Shown here: one piece after another, positions 14,401-24,509 of the stretch
Numbering within the stretch: the stretch's first letter is position 1
Layout of the letters: every line of letters starts with the position of its first letter
Notes under the pieces: generated by a model
The model's input: only the letters and a program-made list of their open reading frames with translations
Database searches by the model: none
Told to the model about the DNA's origin: nothing
Assembly: GCA_002269645.1 (NCBI GenBank)
Contig: NIVC01003244.1
Span: 1-64,000, forward strand
From: Macrostomum lignano
Taxonomy: Eukaryota
Length of the DNA: 64,000 nucleotides
Reading direction: 5' to 3'
Program-made: the position numbers and the translations under genes

Positions 14401-14492
14401 CTGATAGACAATTATTAATATTATTGTTTATTCAACTTTTATTATCGTCGCTTTGGTCACGTGGTGTATTAAATTTGTCGACAAATTTATGA
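5417..14492 (+). CDS. NALF1: NALCN channel auxiliary factor (NALF/FAM155/NLF-1 family), 3 exons, ~443 aa
   Basis: Exons 5417-6214 (donor CAG|GTGAGT, phase 0), 10587-10761 (acceptor CTTCACAG, donor G|GTGAGT, phase 1) and 14134-14492 (acceptor CATTGCAG) join in frame. Spliced core ACQ|TMYRDWLCS...PCSEWCQSVETECPYL...EPVFLC matches the FAM155 Cys-rich domain pattern. N- and C-terminal hydrophobic segments present. Start codon uncertain. Confidence 0.85.
6540..6720 (+). mobile_element. tRNA-derived SINE with Deu/Nin-like core (in NALF intron 1)
   Basis: tRNA-like head GGGTTGTAGCC...GGTTTCGATTCC (A/B-box-like), then TTGAGCAGGACACTTAACTCT...TTCACCCAGCTGTAAAATGGG. A second copy lies at ~60865-61085 on the minus strand. 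Confidence 0.8.
6990..7385. repeat. Degenerate GGTAGA(A/T)-based low-complexity repeat
   Basis: GATGGTAGAACGGTA/GGTAGAAT units; produces spurious ORF 6991-7344. Confidence 0.8.
8025..8910. repeat. 28-bp minisatellite TGATCATGGGG(A/G)ATTGTTCATCTGTTAA, ~31 copies
   Basis: Near-perfect tandem copies in NALF intron 1. Confidence 0.95.
9676..10507. repeat. 28-bp minisatellite CCTCCCAGATCCTCAGTTGCTGGGCCAG, ~29 copies
   Basis: Tandem copies in NALF intron 1; same unit as 28840-32325. Confidence 0.95.
10830..12062. repeat. 22-bp minisatellite GCGCCAAAGCTACTGCAAG(G/A)T(G/A), ~55 copies
   Basis: Tandem copies starting ~70 bp after the NALF exon 2 donor; recurring variant blocks. Confidence 0.95.
12600..14065. 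repeat. Compound 21-bp (ATTGGAGTGACAATCCTTAGC) to 18-bp (ATTGGAGTGACAATCAGT) minisatellite
   Basis: 21-mer dominates the 5' half and 18-mer dominates from ~13600; ends ~70 bp before the NALF exon 3 acceptor. Confidence 0.95.
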
Positions 14493-14969
14493 GTCCTGTT
14501 GGAGTTACATGTACGTCTTATTACTAATCACTACTTTAATTGCATAGAAGCTTATTCAATTATTCTAATCATTATTTGCGCAATTTCTATCAAGTGACAA
14601 TTATTTAACAGCAACAATTCTTTGACTTTTATGCTACTATCAGTGTTAGTAGTATAAAAGAAAGTCTTCTCTTTTTTATTAACAATAGCAATTTTTAACG
14701 GAATAGCAGAGTTCTTCGCATTTTAACCCAAAAGTACTTACTAGTCGTGAATGTAAATCAAAGATCATTGTAACCCTATAAGTAGACATTGTTATTGTAT
14801 ACTTTTACTTCATTGACTTCTATGTATTGCATGTACATTGTAAGTGTCTGGCTGACCGTCAGGGTTTTCTTAGAAATGTATTTATTCGTCTCATAGTACA
14901 TTTTTGTAAGTTTCCGTATTTCTGTTGAGATATTTTTACAGATAAAGGATGACTGCTAGTATTTGTCTG

Positions 14970-15165
14970 AATGAGTAGAACGGATTGCTAATCTAGTCAG
15001 GTAAATATATATGAGCAGAATAGATTGCTAATCTAATTGAGTAGATATGAATGAGTAAAACGGATTGCTAATCTAGTTGATTATATATGAATGAGTAGAA
15101 CGGATTGCTAATCTAATCAGGTAAATATATATCAGTAGAATAGATTGCTAATCTAATTGAGTATT
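14970..15165. repeat. Short degenerate tandem repeat (AGTAGAACGGATTGCTAATCTA...)
   Basis: About five diverged ~40-bp units. Confidence 0.6.
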
Positions 15166-15494
15166 TCGTTATTCAACCCAATTTTGCCTTATCTGTAACT
15201 GTATGACTCGAAGTTTTTCTTTGTCCTTATCTGTATGAATATTTGTAATTGAACTGTTTAATTATTATTAACTTGCAGATTAATTTAGATCTGTTTTGGT
15301 ACTTTTTTATTCTTACTCTGGTAGTATTATTATAATTATATTCTTTTCATTACCGCAAAATGTAGCAAAATTTGCGCAGATAATTGCCTGTCTGTCTCTT
15401 TCTTTTATTGATCTTAAGCTTTTTATGCTGTTACAGTTCAAAGACAGTAGTTTAATAACTGTACAAAACACCCTAGCAGTACAGCTCCCAAAAC

Positions 15495-16285
15495 AGGCTG
15501 TGGAAATCACAAGAACAGGCTGTAGAAACCACAAATACAGGCTGTAGAAACCACAAATACAGGCTGTAGAAACCATAAATACAGGCTGTAGAAACCACAA
15601 ATACAGGCTGTAGAAACCACAAATACAGGCTGTAGAAACCACAAATACAGGCTGTAGAAACCACAAATACAGGCTGTAGAAACCACAAATACAGGCTGTA
15701 GAAACCACAAATACAGGCTGTAGAAACCACAAATACAGGCTGTAGAAACCACAAATACAGGCTGTAGAAACCACAAATACAGGCTGTAGAAACCACAAAT
15801 ACAGGCTGTAGAAACCACAAATACAGGCTGTAGAAACCACAAATACAGGCTGTAGAAACCACAAATACAGGCTGTAGAAACCACAAATACAGGCTGTAGA
15901 AACCACAAATACAGGCTGTAGAAACCACAAATACAGGCTGTAGAAACCACAAATACAGGCTGTAGAAACCACAAATACAGGCTGTAGAAACCACAAAAGC
16001 TGGCTGTAGAAACCACAAATACAGGCTGTAGAAACCACAAAAGCTGGCTGTAGAAACCACAAATACAGGCTGTAGAAACCACAAATACAGGCTGTAGAAA
16101 CCACAAATACAGGCTGTAGAAACCACAAATACAGGCTGTAGAAACCACAAATACAGGCTGTAGAAACCACAAATACAGGCTGTAGAAACCACAAATACAG
16201 GCTGTAGAAACCACAAATACAGGCTGTAGAAACCACAAATACAGGCTGTAGAAACCACAAAAAACAGGCTGTAGAAACCACAGTC
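15495..16285. repeat. 22-bp minisatellite AGGCTGTAGAAACCACAAATAC, ~35 copies
   Basis: Near-perfect tandem array ending ~170 bp upstream of the MPP8-like ATG. Confidence 0.95.
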
Positions 16286-16450
16286 TGCCAAAAAAAGCCT
16301 TTCAAATAGCTTTCCTCTGTTCTTATCTATTTTATAATAATGATTCTTTCATGAGTCGATCTGTATGCTTCATCCGCAGTCTCCTGTTGATTCTCTGGGG
16401 TGACAGCTGAACCGAGCAGATTTTGTACTAAGAGAAAAAAATCATTTTGC

Positions 16451-16920
16451 ATGGACCAGCCATCGGTAGCGGCCGGCGATTGGCCAGCCGCCAACGAGCA
16501 CGAGAACGAATACGAAGTTGAAAAGATTCTGCGGGTGAAGGGTCGGGGCCATACGATGCGCTATTTGATCAAATGGAAGGGCTTTGGGGACGATTGGAAC
16601 ACGTGGGAGCCAAGGAGTAACCTGATTGGCTGCGAGGCTGCTCTGCAAGCGTTCACCAGTGAACAGCAGCAGAAGAAGCGGCAGCAGAAACGAAAAAATA
16701 AGAAACAGCCGCAGGCGGTGAGTTTTTGTGTCATCTCGTAGACAGACACTAAGACATACAGGCAGACAGTCAGACAGGCAGACAGTCAGACAGGCAGGTA
16801 GACAGAGAGACAGACAGACAGGCAGGCAGGCAGGCAGACGGAGAGACAGGCAGGCAGGCAGACAGACAGGCACTAAGACACTAAGACAGGCTGGCAGGCA
16901 GGCTGGCAGGCAGGCAGGCT

Positions 16921-16956
<36 letters not shown>

Positions 16957-19900
16957 CTAAGACAGACAGACAGACAGAGAGACAAATACAGGCAGACAGA
17001 CAGACAGGTCAATCTCATTATTTCGCTAATCCAAAACACATGCCGCCTCCTATTAGGCGGAAGCACCTCAGACAGCGGTCGATTTTCCGAAAGAAGACCA
17101 ACAGCAGCAGCAACAGGAGCAGCAGGAGCGGCAAAACAGCCAGTCGGACAGTCAGGGTCTGTTCAACAAATTCCGAAGCGCATCCGGCAGCTCTACTTTC
17201 ACAGCAGTCGCATCCCATCCAGCTGTCGATGATTCCGCCGCATCGCTCACAAATTTCTATTACAAATCCGGAGGCGAATTAGACAGATTCTTGGACTCCC
17301 TCCCGGCACTGGACCATTGCCCGACTGTTGCTTCTCTGCCCGACTGTCTGTCCTCTTCGCCTTCGAAAGCTTCTTCCAGGCTGATTGCGGCTGTAGAGGC
17401 CAACTCTCTGGGCGATTTGATTCGCCTGCTGCACTCGCCAGCTTCATCGGCTGCTGGCGCTTGCGATCTGAATTGGGCCGATGAGGCGCGGAATGGAGAA
17501 ACGGCGCTGACTGCCGCTCTGAGGCAGGGCAATGTGGCAGCAGTTCGGCTGCTGCTGCAGCACGGCTGTGCCGTCAACGCCTGGTGTCAGCTGCCTGCCG
17601 CATCGGCTTTGTCAGCTTCTTCATCCGGTGATGCTGCTGGAAATGACCGGCAGCAGCAGCAATTCAAAGATCCCATAGTGGTTGCCAGGTGATTATCTTT
17701 CTTTCCTAGGTACATACGAGTGTACAGCGGCCCCTGACTTTATTTACCGTTATGCATGTACACTTCACTGTGGCTTGGGGGTTGGGCCTCAAGCTGGGCG
17801 TTAATTGCACGAGCAGAGCCAAGCCAAGATTTTTGTTATTATGATACCACAATAGTCGCTCCTAACCCTAAGACGCGAAAAATAGCCTTCTTAGAATTTG
17901 GTTCCAGGTCATCCCCAGTTCTTAGAAATTGCACCTCCCCTTTCTTAGAAATCTCCCTCAATTTTTAGAAATCACCCCCGGTTATTAGAAATCACCCTCA
18001 GTTCTTAGAAATCACCCTCAGTTCTTAGAAATCACCCTCAGTTCTTAGAAATCACCCTCAGTTCTTAGAAATCACCCTCAGTTCTTAGAAATCACCCTCA
18101 GTTCTTAGAAATCACCCTCAGTTCTTAGAAATCACCCTCAGTTCTTAGAAATCACCCTCAGTTCTTAGAAATCACCCTCAGTTCTTAGAAATCACCCTCA
18201 GTTCTTAGAAATCACCCTCAGTTCTTAGAAATCACCCTCAGTTCTTAGAAATCACCCTCAGTTCTTAGAAATCGCCCTTACCCATTTCTTGGAAATCACC
18301 CCAGTTCTTGGAAATTACCCCAGTTCTTAGAAATCGCTCTTACCCATTTCTTGGAAATCACCCCAGTTCTTGGAAATTACCCCCGTTCTTAGAAATCGCC
18401 CTTACCCATTTCTTGGAAATCACCCCAGTTCTTGGAAAGTACCCCAGTTCTTAGAAATCGCCCTTACCCATTTCTTGGAAATCACCCCATTTCTTGGAAA
18501 TCACCCCAGTTCTTGGAAATCACCCCAGTTCTTAGAAATCGCCCTTACCCATTTCTTGGAAATCACCCCATTTCTTGGAAATCACCCATTTCTTGGAAAT
18601 CACCCCAGTTCTTAGAAATCGCCCTTACCCATTTCTTGAAAATCACCCCAGTTCTTAGAAATTACCCCAGTTCTTAGAAATCGCCCTTACCCATTTCTTG
18701 GAAATCACCCCAGTTCTTAGAAATTACCCCAGTTCTTAGAAATCGCCCTTACCCATTTCTTGGAAATCACCCCAGTTCTTAGAAATCGCCCTTACCAATT
18801 TCTTGGAAATCACCCCAGTTCTTGGAAATCACCCCAGTTCTTGGAAATCACCCCAGTTCTTGAAAATCACCCCAGTTCTTGGAAATCACCCCAGTTCTTG
18901 GAAATCACCCCAGTTCTTGGAAATCACCCCAGTTCTTGGAAATCACCCCAGTTCTTGGAAATCACCCCAGTTCTTGGAAATCACTCCAGTTCTTGGAAAT
19001 CACCCCAGTTCTTGGAAATCACTCCAGTTCTTGGAAATCACTCCAGTTCTTGGAAATCACCCCAGTTCTTGGAAATCACCCCAGTTCTTGGAAATCACCC
19101 CAGTTCTTGGAAATCACCCCAGTTCTTGGAAATCACCCCAGTTCTTGGAAATCACCCCAGTTCTTGGAAATCACCCCAGTTCTTGGAAATCACCCCAGTT
19201 CTTGGAAATCACTCCAGTTCTTGGAAATCACCCCAGTTCTTGGAAATCACTCCAGTTCTTGGAAATCACCCCAGTTCTTGGAAATCACTCCAGTTCTTGG
19301 AAATCACCCCAGTTCTTGGAAATCACCCCAGTTCTTGGAAATCACCCCAGTTCTTGGAAATCACCCCAGTTCTTGGAAATCACCCCAGTTCTTGGAAATC
19401 ACCCCAGTTCTTGGAAATCACCCCAGTTCTTGGAAATCACCCCAGTTCTTGGAAATCACTCCAGTTCTTGGAAATCACCCCAGTTCTTGGAAATCACTCC
19501 AGTTCTTGGAAATCACCCCAGTTCTTGGAAATCACCCCAGTTCTTGGAAATCACTCCAGTTCTTGGAAATCACCCCAGTTCTTGGAAATCACTCCAGTTC
19601 TTGGAAATCACCCCAGTTCTTGGAAATCACCCCAGTTCTTGGAAATCACCCAGTTCTTGGAAATCACCCCAGTTCTTGGAAATCACCCCAGTTCTTGGAA
19701 ATCACCCCAGTTCTTGGAAATCACCCCAGTTCTTGGAAATCACCCCAGTTCTTGGAAATCACTCCAGTTCTTGGAAATCACCCCAGTTCTTGGAAATCAC
19801 TCCAGTTCTTGGAAATCACCCCAGTTCTTGGAAATCACCCCAGTTCTTGGAAATCACTCCAGTTCTTGGAAATCACCCCAGTTCTTGGAAATCACCCCAG

Positions 19901-20655
19901 TTCTTGGAAATCACCCCAGTTCTTGGAAATCACTCCAGTTCTTGGAAATCACCCCAGTTCTTGGAAATCACCCCAGTTCTTGGAAATCACCCCAGTTCTT
20001 GGAAATCACTCCAGTTCTTGGAAATCACCCCAGTTCTTGGAAATCACCCCAGTTCTTGGAAATCACCCCAGTTCTTGGAAATCACCCCAGTTCTTGGAAA
20101 TCACCCCAGTTCTTGGAAATCACCCCAGTTCTTAGAATTCGCCTCCCCATTGTCACTCGCAGAAGCTGCCCACTGGCAGGCGAGCTGCTCTGCTTGCTGC
20201 AGCGTCACTGCGACGCCGTTTCGCAGGCTCTGGCCGACTGCGCCCAATCAGCTCTCGGTAGCTCAGCTCGGCTGCTCGCCCCAGTCGGCCGTTTGCACAT
20301 TCTTCCCAGGCCTGGCCTGTCTGTTCAATTCGACATTGCCGATCGGCTGCCGTCGCTGCCTTGCGTACTGTTGCTAGGCAACGCCGTGTTCAACACCGGA
20401 GCCGAAGCTACAGCGGCGCCGTTGGTTCGACTCCGGGGCAGGTGCTCAGTGCGAGAGGTTTGGCTGAACAACGTGCGCCAGATGCCGCTGAGTCAGGCCG
20501 GCTGTTTCATTTGCACCTGCGCCCCGCTCCGTGTCGGCTCCAACACTGTCGGCTTGGTGCCCAGCGGGTCGTTTCGGCTGCCAGCCGACGGCAGATTCCG
20601 GCTATTGGTTAGAGCGTACGAAGTGAAAGTGTTGGCCGAGAGTGGGGCTGCTTAG
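16451..20655 (+). CDS. MPHOSPH8: M-phase phosphoprotein 8-like (chromodomain + ankyrin repeats + MPP8-type C-terminal domain), 3 exons, ~472 aa
   Basis: Exons 16451-16717 (chromodomain YEVEKIL...YLIKWKGF...TWEP; donor GCG|GTGAGT, phase 0), 17057-17688 (ankyrin repeats GETALTAALRQGNVAAVRLLLQHG; phase 2) and 20136-20655 join in frame. C-terminus LRGRCSVREVWLNNVRQMP...FRLLVRAYEV matches the recalled MPP8 C-terminus (LYGPCSVQAVVLNDKFQLP...KLLIGAYRV). Confidence 0.8.
16740..17010. repeat. (GACA)n/(GGCA)n microsatellite in MPP8 intron 1
   Basis: Direct reading. Confidence 0.9.
17900..20135. repeat. 20-bp (GTTCTTAGAAATCACCCTCA) to 19-bp (GTTCTTGGAAATCACCCCA) minisatellite filling MPP8 intron 2
   Basis: About 100 tandem units; last unit ends CAGTTCTTAG immediately before exon 3. 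Confidence 0.95.
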
Positions 20656-20689
20656 ATCTTTATTGATAATTATTATTATCAGTTAATAA

Positions 20690-23115
20690 GGAGGCAGACA
20701 CACAGACACACATAGAACATGTCTATGACACACAGACACACATATAACATGTCTATGACACACAGACACACATAGAACATGTCTATGACACACAGACACA
20801 CATAGAACATGTCTATGACACACAGACACACATATAACATGTCTATGACACACAGACACACATAGAACATGGCTATGACACACAGACACACATAGAACAT
20901 GTCTATGACACACAGACACACATAGAACATGGCTATGACACACAGACACACATAGAACATGTCTATGACACACAGACACACATATAACATGTCTATGACA
21001 CACAGACACACATAGAACATGTCTATGACACACAGACACACAGAGAACATGTCTATGACACACAGACACACATATAACATGTCTATGACACACAGACACA
21101 CATAGAACATGGCTATGACACACAGACACACATAGAACATGTCTATGACACACAGACACACATAGAACATGTCTATGACACACAGACACACATAGAACAT
21201 GTCTATGACACACAGACACACATAGAACATGTCTATGACACACAGACACACATAGAACATGTCTATGGACACACAGACACACATAGAACATGTCTATGAC
21301 ACACAGACACACATAGAAAATGTCTATGACACACAGACACACATAGAACATGTCTATGACACACAGACACACATAGAACATGGCTATGACACACAGACAC
21401 ACATAGAACATGGCTATGACACACAGACACACATAGAACATGTCTATGACACACAGACACACATAGAACATGTCTATGACACACAGACACACATAGAACA
21501 TGTCTATGACACACAGACACACAGAGAACATGTCTATGACACACAGACACACATAGAACATGTCTATGACACACAGACACACATATAACATGTCTATGAC
21601 ACACAGACACACATAGAACATGGCTATGACACACAGACACACATAGAACATGTCTATGACACACAGACACACATAGAACATGTCTATGACACACAGACAC
21701 ACATAGAACATGGCTATGACACACAGACACACATAGAACATGTCTATGACACACAGACACACATAGAACATGTCTATGGACACACAGACACACATAGAAC
21801 ATGTCTATGACACACAGACACACATAGAAAATGTCTATGACACACAGACACACATAGAAAATGTCTATGACACACAGACACACATAGAACATGGCTATGA
21901 CACACAGACACACATAGAACATGGCTATGACACACAGACACACATAGAACATGTCTATGACACACAGACACACATAGAACATGTCTATGACACACAGACA
22001 CACATAGAACATGTCTTTGACACACAGACACACATAGAACATGTCTATGACACACAGACACACATAGAACATGGCTATGACACACAGACACACATGGAAC
22101 ATGTCTATGACACACAGACACACATAGAACATGTCTTTGACACACAGACACACATAGAACATGGCTATGACACACAGACACACATAGAACATGTCTATGA
22201 CACACAGACACACATAGAAAATGTCTATGACACACAGACACACATAGAACATGTCTATGACACACAGACACACATAGAACATGTCTATGACACACAGACA
22301 CACATAGAACATGTCTATGACACACAGACACACATAGAACATGTCTATGGACACACAGACACACATAGAACATGTCTATGACACACAGACACACATAGAA
22401 AATGTCTATGACACACAGACACACATAGAAAATGTCTATGACACACAGACACACATAGAACATGGCTATGACACACAGACACACATAGAACATGGCTATG
22501 ACACACAGACACACATAGAACATGTCTATGACACACAGACACACATAGAACATGTCTATGACACACAGACACACATAGAACATGTCTTTGACACACAGAC
22601 ACACATAGAACATGTCTATGACACACAGACACACATAGAACATGGCTATGACACACAGACACACATGGAACATGTCTATGACACACAGGCACACATAGAA
22701 CATGTCTTTGACACACAGACACACATAGAACATGGCTATGACACACAGACACACATAGAACATGGCTATGACACACAGACACACATAGAACATGGCTATG
22801 ACACACAGACACACATAGAACATGTCTATGACACACAGACACACATAGAACATGGCTATGACACACAGACACACATAGAACATGTCTATGACACACAGAC
22901 ACACATAGAACATGGCTATGACACACAGACACACATAGAAAATGTCTATGACACACAGACACACATAGAACATGGCTATGACACACAGACACACATATAA
23001 CATGGCTATGACACACAGACACACATAGAACATGGCTATGACACACAGACACACATAGAACATGTCTATGGACACACAGACACACATAGAACATGTCGAT
23101 GACACACAGACACAT
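20690..23115. repeat. 30-bp minisatellite GACACACAGACACACATAGAACATGTCTAT, ~80 copies
   Basis: Tandem array beginning ~35 bp after the MPP8 stop codon. Confidence 0.95.
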
Positions 23116-23889
23116 TAAAATATGCATTCACTACGGCAGACACTATAAGACAGACAGGCCACCACAGCCATTCATAAATCTGTCTCTGACTAATCATCAT
23201 TACTTACTTAGAGATTTTTTACCTATTCGGATGGAAATAGCTTGGTAAAAAATTGTAATAATGCCAATAAAGGGTGAAAACAATTGTTAGAAAATCCGCG
23301 CATTACTACTGTTAATTCAGTCGAGTTGTATATATAGCTTATAGTAGTGCACAGTTTCTTTTTTAGCGTTTTTATTTACCAACGTTTAAATTTTAACCTT
23401 TAATTATAAGTAGTAAAATTGATTTATGATTTTTATAACAAAAAATGCGAACTAGATTCGATCGAAGCTTCCTGAGGCACAGACACCACTCGTAGCCAAA
23501 ATGCTGTTATGAATTGCACCCTTCTGATTTTACATTTTTCTTGACTTTTTCATTTATGCTAGCTGTTTGACCCCCTTTTTGGGCCATAGACAATGAACAG
23601 CAAGTCTTCAGTGGCTTGATTCACTCGCTACGTTGTGAAACATTCTAACAATTGTTATGCTCATTATCAATCGTCAGGTTTACTGCGTATGCTGCTTGCA
23701 GTCATAAGTGTATAGCATTGTACTTAACAATTAATATTAGTTATTTGCTTTCGATACTACTGTTAGTGTGACCCTATAAAATTAAATGCTTTTTTGTATC
23801 TAAAATTAAACGGGGCGATTTTTTGTCAGTTAAAGTACGAGCGTACTTCGCGATCTTTATTTTTTTGTTGTATAACAATTTTATGTAGT

Positions 23890-24412
23890 CTTTGTAGAAA
23901 TTTTGTTTATGTCTTTGTAGAAATCCAGATAAATGGCTTTTTAGAAATTCGGTAAAGGTCTTTGTAGAAACCCGGGAAAGGTCTTTGTAGAAATCCGGAA
24001 AAGGTATTTGTAGAAACCCGGGAAAGGTCTTTGTAGAAATCCGGAAAAGGTATTTGTAGAAATCCGGAAAAGGTCTTTGTTGAAATACGGGAAAGGTCTT
24101 TTTAGAAACCCGGTAAAGGTCTTTGTAGAAATCCAGATAAATGTCTTTGTAGAAATCCAGTAAAGGTCTTTTTAGAAATATGGGAAAGGTCTTTTTAGAA
24201 ATCCGGTAAAGGTATTTGTAGAAATCCAGTAAAGGTCTTTTTAGAAATCCGGTAAAGGTCTCTGTAGAAACCCGGTAAAGGTCTTTGTAGAAATCCGGTA
24301 AAGGTCTCTGTAGAAATCCGGTAAGGATCTTTGTCGAAATCCGGTAGGAGTCAGTGGAAATCTGTCATGGTTTTTTGTCGAAATCCGGTAAGGGTCTTTG
24401 TAGTAATCCGGA
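23890..24412. repeat. 23-bp minisatellite TAAAGGTCTTTGTAGAAATCCGG, ~22 diverged copies
   Basis: Tandem copies ending ~100 bp before ATG 24510. Confidence 0.9.
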
Positions 24413-24509
24413 AAAACGTGTATAGGGATCTATAGACTATCAAATAAAGTATTTAGATTTTCAGTATGATTCATATTTAATTCCAATTTTCTGTCGTCGA
24501 AACTCACCA

